Shown one piece after another: positions 58,474 to 64,000 of a stretch of DNA of 64,000 bases. Numbering within the stretch: position 1 is the first letter of the stretch; the number at the start of each line of letters is the position of its first letter. The translations under genes were made by a program, and so were the position numbers. The notes under the pieces are model-generated. The model was not told the DNA's origin and ran no database searches. It saw only the letters and a list, made by a program, of their open reading frames with translations. This DNA comes from an uncultured Gammaproteobacteria bacterium (lineage in GTDB: Bacteria; Patescibacteriota; Microgenomatia; 2-02-FULL-39-11), in assembly GCA_964520615.1 (NCBI GenBank), contig CAZFNL010000011.1, positions 1,123 to 65,122 on the forward strand, in the 5' to 3' direction.

Positions 58474-59346
58474 ATGAAATCGTTGAAATTCTGGATACCA
58501 ACCTTAGTTGTTATATTTTTTTTAGGAAACTTTTCGTCTAAGGTATTCAAGTTACAAAAAAGATCACGGTTACCTATTTCCCCTAATATTCTCTACTTCA
58601 CTTCTCCAGTTACTTCGTTTTACGGTAAAGTCGAAAGAGTAAAAGGTAATATTATTACCGTAAGTCAGAAACTGACTATAGAAGAACCAACGCCTGTCTA
58701 TAACCCAAACCAACCGCATCCTCCCATTCCCACACCGATAAGGCAAATCCTTACTTACGAAATTGAAATTACAAAAGATACTATAATCAGCCGTCCTCCA
58801 TTAATGATAGATTATCTTTTTATCACCCCAACTCCAATACAACCTCCACGATTTTCTATATCTGACATTCAAGAGGGTCAAACAATAACTGTTTTAACCA
58901 ACAGTGACCTTCGGATCCTTCAGGGAAACAAAGTTGTCGCCGCATCAATTCAATTGCCAGCAATCAGCAATGCACAAAAGGGAACAATTGCTACGGTTGA
59001 AGGAAATATCATTACTATACAAGCTTATACGCCCACATCTCCAAATCCAATTGGGAATGTTGCGCCATTACAAGAACACCAATACTTTATAACTGTAACA
59101 AAGAATACAGAAATATCACGACTATCAAAACCATCTTCACCTGAACAACTCTTCTTGTCCGACTTGAAACCCGGAATGCAAATCATTGTCTATACTGATG
59201 AAGATGTGACAGTCACCGATCATCTCACCGCTCTTCGCATCGAACCGCTATTCTCAAATCCCACCCCGCTTCCTGAAACTTCATTCTCCCCTCAAGGTAC
59301 CCTCTCCGCAACATCAAGTGCCCACTACCCAACCGCAAATCCCTAG
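58474..59346 (+). CDS. Membrane-anchored protein with two DUF5666/OB-fold-like repeats
   Basis: Twice G.V..V.GNIIT+ ... +T..T.ISR ... SD+..G..I.V; start uncertain (58444-58474). Confidence 0.65.
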   Translation: MKSLKFWIPTLVVIFFLGNFSSKVFKLQKRSRLPISPNILYFTSPVTSFYGKVERVKGNIITVSQKLTIEEPTPVYNPNQPHPPIPTPIRQILTYEIEITKDTIISRPPLMIDYLFITPTPIQPPRFSISDIQEGQTITVLTNSDLRILQGNKVVAASIQLPAISNAQKGTIATVEGNIITIQAYTPTSPNPIGNVAPLQEHQYFITVTKNTEISRLSKPSSPEQLFLSDLKPGMQIIVYTDEDVTVTDHLTALRIEPLFSNPTPLPETSFSPQGTLSATSSAHYPTANP

Positions 59347-59644
59347 TGACCGCCAAACCAGGTGACCGTTCAAAGGTAGAAATTTATTTTCTCCCCGCCA
59401 CCACCACCCGCCCCGCTTGTCGCGGGGTTTTCTTTTTGCTTGCTTGCTGTCTTCCCAGTTTATCACACGCTCAAGGACTGCGGGCAGTTTGCAACTGTCC
59501 TCGCAAGTTGTGGTTCCCCTTCGTCCATCGACTTCGCTCAGGATGCTCAGGGTCACCATCAATCCTTGACTTCGTGTGCTGCCCTCCCATCAGCCAAGCA
59601 AGCAAAAGAGCTTGCAAATCATGGCAAGGAGGGAGGTGCCCCAA

Positions 59645-59869
59645 ATGGCACAAACGAAACGCTTCACGGCGAAGAAAGACCTCAAGCTCGACTGCGGTCA
59701 CACGATCAAAACCGGCGAGACCTTCGTCGTGACGAGCATCTACGCGTGCGAGAAAGATGCCGAGTGGCCGCTTGGCGTCCTCCGCGCCGCCTTTGAGAAA
59801 GCGCTTGCTAACCTGCTCAAGGAATTGAAGCCGGTGAGCGCCAAGGGCGGAGACGCAGAGCAAGAGTAA
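59645..59869 (+). CDS. Small hypothetical protein
   Basis: SD GGAGGTG, ATG 59645, LDCGH.IK.GE...YAC, followed by terminator. Confidence 0.7.
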   Translation: MAQTKRFTAKKDLKLDCGHTIKTGETFVVTSIYACEKDAEWPLGVLRAAFEKALANLLKELKPVSAKGGDAEQE

Positions 59870-59882
59870 TCGCTCTGCCTTC

Positions 59883-59918
59883 AGGGGCTAGGGAGAAATC
59901 TCTAGCCCCTATTTTTTT
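59883..59918 (+). terminator. Intrinsic terminator
   Basis: AGGGGCTAGGGA..TCTCTAGCCCCT + ATTTTTTT. Confidence 0.85.
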
Positions 59919-60329
59919 GCTGCGCCTCTCCTTCCTTCCCTCCCATCCGCCCCCTCGTTTCCCCACCACTCTCCCTCCTCATTCATCCGCTCCTCGCTGC
60001 CTCTTAATCCCCACCTCTCGTCTACCTCTCTTTAGCTTCGCCATTCGTGCAAATCTCATCACTTCCACCACTGGTAATCTTCATCACCTATCTGTCACAC
60101 TGATTTCCCTCAGGCACTTTGGGCTGGCAAGTATTCGTAGCGGATTTCAGGCAAAAACGAGCGTGAAATAGGCAAAAGTGCCCTCCGAATACTTGCCAAT
60201 TTGACCACCGAAAAAGGGTCCCAGGGAAATCAGTGTGTCATTGACTCACACCATGATAAACCTTGACACAGATCCGATGGAAAACCGTCGAGGGACCACA
60301 AAAGAAACGTCTCTTTGAATTCTCCCAGG

Positions 60330-60359
60330 ATCGAACTCAATCGAACTCAATCGAACTCA
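60330..60359 (+). repeat. Tandem 10-bp repeat x3
   Basis: ATCGAACTCA ATCGAACTCA ATCGAACTCA. Confidence 0.9.
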
Positions 60360-60498
60360 TCAGGATGTGATTCTCAACCTGGCATCGCCACGCACCGGCA
60401 TCTGCGTGCGGAACAACCCTCGGAATTCTCCCCGCTTGTTTTCCTCTGCTCGGCGTCCCGCAACTACGTGCGGTCTCTCTCGCGTTTGTAATCTAAGC

Positions 60499-60626
60499 TG
60501 CAAATTCTTACCGCGAGTCTAACCCATCCAGAAAAAGCGTCAAGGGTAAAGTCGCTTTGCTCCCGGCTTCGCCGCCCTTGACGCTTTTTCTTGACCCGAT
60601 GGGTTTCTCTCCTCGCGGAATTTGCA
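60499..60626. other. Long imperfect hairpin (ssDNA promoter/ssi-like)
   Basis: 17-bp perfect arms AGAAAAAGCGTCAAGGG/CCCTTGACGCTTTTTCT plus AACCCATC/GATGGGTT, CCGCGAG/CTCGCGG, TGCAAATTC/GAATTTGCA. Confidence 0.7.
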
Positions 60627-60980
60627 CCTTAACAAACGCAAAAGCGGATCGACCGCACCCAAGGCGGGACGACAACCCCTCGCAGATCGTCTTGCGGGGC
60701 AACAGCATTCCTACGGGAAGAGCGTTCCGCGTCTTAACAAGATGCCGGTGCCAAGAGAAGCCGATGCCACAATCTATCCAACCACGCATCGCCCTTGCGT
60801 TCTGCGTGGTCGGTTTTCACTTCACCTGAAAACGGAAAGGCAGTTAGGCACATTGGAAAGTGACTTGCGGACAAGCGCCCTGCAAACCTGCTTGACCAGA
60901 AAGTGAGTTCGTTCGTGTGTGTGTTGTTTTTTCTCATCAAGGGGAAGGGTGCGCCCCGAGAAAAGCACCCGGAGGTGAAT

Positions 60981-61157
60981 ATGTTCGTTCTGTGGCTACT
61001 GCACTTCTACAAACTGCGCTACGACGTGTTTGGAAACGCGCAAGCGTCTGTGAATCCGACCCGCGACGAATTGTTCAGTTTCTACGCGCTTCTTCTCACT
61101 CCTCAAGCCGTGATGACGGCGCTGTACGACTCCCAGGCGCGTCACATCTACTACTGA
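60981..61157 (+). CDS. Small hypothetical protein
   Basis: SD GGAGGTGA before ATG 60981. Confidence 0.6.
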   Translation: MFVLWLLHFYKLRYDVFGNAQASVNPTRDELFSFYALLLTPQAVMTALYDSQARHIYY

Positions 61158-61234
61158 AAAAAAGTTCGGGCTTGCAAGTGATCAGCCGTCACGCGCAAGC
61201 CCTAACATCCCAATCCAGTTGAAAGGACATTGAG

Positions 61235-61522
61235 ATGTCTAACGTGATTGTATCACTCATCGACCCATCCGGCAATCCCGATCCGAGCCTGGCGGCATAC
61301 ATGGCGGTGCAGGACTATGCCGCGATCCTCGCCGAGGAACTTGATCCTCGCGACGACCCTCACGCCGAGCACGGAGATTGGCAAACACCCAACGTACATG
61401 CTTGCTGCGACGGCAACATCGAAACGCAAATTACAAAGCGGCACGAACCAGGGACACCTTACATGTGTCCACACTGCCAGCAGCCCTACTGCGCTGACTG
61501 TGACATCGAGGTGCAGCGATGA
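61235..61522 (+). CDS. Small Cys-rich (zinc-finger-like) protein
   Basis: SD AAGGA; CPHC..YC.DC; ATGA overlap with radC. Confidence 0.7.
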   Translation: MSNVIVSLIDPSGNPDPSLAAYMAVQDYAAILAEELDPRDDPHAEHGDWQTPNVHACCDGNIETQITKRHEPGTPYMCPHCQQPYCADCDIEVQR

Positions 61523-62493
61523 CCGCCCAGCAGATGAATATGTTTCCCCAAGGTGACGATTTGCCGCTCTTCAGCGGCACGCCCATCAAGGTGAGAATTC
61601 AGACCAGTGAGCCGCGCGAAGCCGAGAGCCAAGCGCGGCTTTCAATTTGTCCACTGTGCCAGGACACCGGCAAGGTCATCATTCAGCGCAAGCGAAGCGA
61701 GCCAGTGTTTTGCACGTGCGAAGCAGGACAAAGTGCGAAAGCAAAAGCACGGTTGGAACAACTCCCAGACTCCAAGCGTGTTAAGCGTTTACGCGAGATG
61801 TACGCCGAGCCAAGGGACGACACTGGACAGGTGCTGCGCGAGGCAATGGTGTGGGACAATCCCAAGGCGCGACTGGCTAGTATCGGTCCGCAAGCGTTGA
61901 CGCTCATCGAACTCTTGTCCGTGATTCTGGGCACGGAAGGACAGCCCGAGGTGGGGGCAAGAGTGCTTGCAGAGTGCAAGACTATCGCAGGTATTCGTAC
62001 CCGTTCCATCGCGGAATTGGTGACGAGCACAAAGCTGACACTGACGCGAGCCAAGCGTCTCGCCGCTGCGCTCGAACTGGGACGGCGAGCACTTCAGTGC
62101 AGTGAAGAGCGTCCTTACATCAAGTCTCCCGCCGATGCTGCTCAGCTTCTAGCCGAGATGGGCACACTTGACCAGGAGCAGATGCGGGTGCTGGCACTTG
62201 ACACCAAGAACCGCGTTATAGAGATCGTGACCGTCTATCAAGGAAGCGTGCACACAACAGTCATTCGCGTGTGTGAGCTAATGAAAGCAGCAATCCGCGT
62301 CAATGCAACCTCGATCATCGTTGCCCACTGTCATCCCTCCGGCGATCCGACTCCAAGTCCTGAAGACGTGGCGGTCACAACGGAGATTGTCAAAGCGGCA
62401 AAAATCCTTGACCTCGACTGTCTCGACCATCTGGTCATCGGCAGTTCGGGCAAGTTCGTCAGCTTGAAGGAAAGGGGGCTTGGATTCTCATGA
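61519..62493 (+). CDS. radC: RadC/JAB-domain protein with N-terminal zinc-binding extension
   Basis: L...ELL..ILG, AALELGRR, QE...V..LD.KN, AHCHPSGDPTPS.ED, LDH.VIG; N-terminal CPLC.DTG...FCTC. Confidence 0.92.
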   Translation: MTAQQMNMFPQGDDLPLFSGTPIKVRIQTSEPREAESQARLSICPLCQDTGKVIIQRKRSEPVFCTCEAGQSAKAKARLEQLPDSKRVKRLREMYAEPRDDTGQVLREAMVWDNPKARLASIGPQALTLIELLSVILGTEGQPEVGARVLAECKTIAGIRTRSIAELVTSTKLTLTRAKRLAAALELGRRALQCSEERPYIKSPADAAQLLAEMGTLDQEQMRVLALDTKNRVIEIVTVYQGSVHTTVIRVCELMKAAIRVNATSIIVAHCHPSGDPTPSPEDVAVTTEIVKAAKILDLDCLDHLVIGSSGKFVSLKERGLGFS

Positions 62494-63203
62494 TCACCCA
62501 AACTACCCCCGCCCAGCGCGAAGAACGCAAGCGCAAGCTGCAAACCCTCTCACAAGCTGAATATCAGAACTTGCGGAACCTCGTGCACTACATCGTGCCC
62601 CAAAAGTTCTGCGACCCCGACGATGCGCTCAGTCACGGTCTTTTGATCGCGATGGAAAAGTACGACGGACACGGCGAACTCAAGACGTACGTCATGCGCT
62701 GCGCCTATCTCTACTCGCTGCAGCAGGTCAAAAAGACCCGACTCAATATCACCTTCACCGACCTGCAAAACGAATCGGATTTCGAGGAATATTTGGACGA
62801 AGTACTTCCCTACCTCGAAGACCCGCGATACGTCGAAGCCGTCGACGAGTTATTCATTAGGCGCATCCATGAAGTGCTCGACAGCATGAGGAACTGGCGT
62901 TTCCGTCACACCACCCAGGAAGCCATCGCTGACGCTCACACGATCCTGGAGCTCTTGCGTGAGAACGCCAACCTGGGAAAAGGGATCGGTGTGGACGAAT
63001 ACGAAGACGGACCGCTCACGGCGTTCAAACGCGGCAAACCCCGTGTCGGACGCCCCATGCACAATACCAAGATCGTCCGCAAGAACATCGTCGATCATCT
63101 CACCGACGAGCTGCACACTACCAAGCAGGACATCAGCAGCGCATACAAGGCGCTGCGTCTCAGCACCCGACAGGCGCTCAATGAAGGATGGCTTCCGACA
63201 TGA
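62490..63203 (+). CDS. Divergent sigma70/ECF-like factor
   Basis: Region-2-like DPDDALS.GL....EKYD..GELKTY..R.A; C-terminal HTH-like helices. Confidence 0.5.
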   Translation: MITQTTPAQREERKRKLQTLSQAEYQNLRNLVHYIVPQKFCDPDDALSHGLLIAMEKYDGHGELKTYVMRCAYLYSLQQVKKTRLNITFTDLQNESDFEEYLDEVLPYLEDPRYVEAVDELFIRRIHEVLDSMRNWRFRHTTQEAIADAHTILELLRENANLGKGIGVDEYEDGPLTAFKRGKPRVGRPMHNTKIVRKNIVDHLTDELHTTKQDISSAYKALRLSTRQALNEGWLPT

Positions 63204-63469
63204 CCATCTATCTTCTCCACATTCAGCCCTGCTATAAGCACGCACGGCACTACCTGGGCATCACGAAAGATCTCGACGCGCGGTTGCAGCTTCATCGCGA
63301 AGGGAGAGCCGCACGACTGACCCAGGTGTGTGTCGAGAGTGGGCGTGTGTTACAACTGGTTCGAACGTGGGAAGGCAGTCGCGACGACGAACGACGATTG
63401 AAGAATCAAAAGAACTCGCCACGGCTGTGTCCTCTGTGTAATCCCAAGTTGAAAGGAGTCGAATGCTAG
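63200..63469 (+). CDS. Small GIY-YIG nuclease-like protein
   Basis: IYLLH...HYLG.T.DL..RL..H..G, E..LK, CPLC; ATGA overlap at 63200. Confidence 0.8.
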   Translation: MTIYLLHIQPCYKHARHYLGITKDLDARLQLHREGRAARLTQVCVESGRVLQLVRTWEGSRDDERRLKNQKNSPRLCPLCNPKLKGVEC

Positions 63470-63789
63470 TTGACCAACCAAGTCCGCAACAATACTTGAA
63501 GGTTATCTTGTGCGAAGAAATTGGGCTGTCCGAGAAATCGGCAGCCCGTCTCATTCAAGAGTACGGTGAGCTTGCAGTGCAGCGTCACGCGATGTATTGC
63601 CTCTGGATGATGAGCCAGGGTAAAGTGCACGTTCCGCCGGCGTGGTTGACCGCATCTTTGAAAGGCGATTGGCGCGCACCGTACGGAATGCCAAGCGATT
63701 GGTTGCCGACGGTGCTGCATTTCCGTGTCGACGAGAACACGTTCGTGGAGTTCACGCGTGAGGTGCGTGACGAGAAAAAGGCAACTTGA
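63463..63789 (+). CDS. Hypothetical protein
   Basis: SD AAGGAG; P.AWL...LK.DW motif reminiscent of replication-protein C-termini. Confidence 0.65.
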   Translation: MLVDQPSPQQYLKVILCEEIGLSEKSAARLIQEYGELAVQRHAMYCLWMMSQGKVHVPPAWLTASLKGDWRAPYGMPSDWLPTVLHFRVDENTFVEFTREVRDEKKAT

Positions 63790-63796
63790 ACACCGA

Positions 63797-63837
63797 AGCC
63801 CCGGAAGCAGCGATGCTTCTGGGGCTATTTTTATTTT
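63797..63837 (+). terminator. Intrinsic terminator
   Basis: AGCCCCGGAAGCA-GCGA-TGCTTCTGGGGCT + ATTTTT. Confidence 0.85.
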
Positions 63838-63910
63838 GCCACTTTTGCCTCCTCCACTTCTTGGCACACCTCCTATTGACTCCGCAGTTCCCACCTGATA
63901 ATCTACCTTC

Positions 63911-64000
63911 ATGATTACCAAAAAGGATGTGGAAGAAACAGTCAACACCGGAATCGCCGGATTACGCAAAGAATTCAAGGAAGAAATGTCGTCGATGCGC
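63911..64000 (+). CDS. Partial coiled-coil protein (runs off window)
   Basis: MITKKDVEETVNTGIAGLRKEFKEEMSSMR open to the edge; TTGACT..GATAAT just upstream. Confidence 0.5.
   Translation, partial: MITKKDVEETVNTGIAGLRKEFKEEMSSMR

Larger units (their letters stand above)
59347..63840 (+). mobile_element. Higher-GC foreign segment resembling a plasmid/ICE/prophage leading region
   Basis: Abrupt compositional and codon shift, SD-led genes, radC, sigma-like and GIY-YIG genes, long hairpins; no integrase or att site seen; boundaries approximate. Confidence 0.65.

Noticed and set aside
59347-59365. TGACCGCCAAACCAGG as a third copy of the antiterminator motif
   Set aside because: CCG/CGG stem and closing stem are absent; likely chance similarity
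59918-60060. C/T-rich tract as a coding region or repeat
   Set aside because: Low complexity without periodicity; the translated ORF is not protein-like
60330-60359. CRISPR array
   Set aside because: 10-bp tandem units without spacers; no cas genes; no repeat-spacer array seen anywhere in the window

Overview
Bases 1 to ~59,350 are low-GC, gene-dense chromosome with the hallmarks of a Patescibacteria/CPR genome (Microgenomates-like; inferred from gene content and the scarcity of Shine-Dalgarno sites). This part carries rnj, folA/thyA, ftsK, a complete threonine operon, short alaS, mltG, hrcA-grpE-dnaK-dnaJ with CIRCE, murJ, rpsT, pilNO, tpiA, pcrA and femAB-like genes. The 19-28 kb region is unusually rich in RNA-level regulation. 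It has (i) an unannotated Thr/Ile leader peptide with a full four-segment attenuator before the thr operon and (ii) an Ala T-box before alaS. It also has (iii) a surface-protein locus (three paralogous Asn/Thr/Gly repeat proteins, a sortase with an LSYTG substrate, a GT-C glycosyltransferase and a small DUF2292-like protein). Two leaders in this locus carry a conserved, covarying hairpin (CCGACCGCMAACGGA) that overlaps an intrinsic terminator, and three leaders carry clustered CUGCC repeats. This is the best candidate for an undescribed system: probable antitermination control of a secreted fibre. Two genes have diverged duplicates of their own 3' ends. From ~59,350 the sequence shifts abruptly to higher GC. 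It looks like a mobile-element leading region (long hairpins, RadC/JAB, sigma-like and GIY-YIG genes), either foreign DNA or an assembly chimera. No rRNA, tRNA or CRISPR array was seen. All protein calls are from motif recognition, not database searches.
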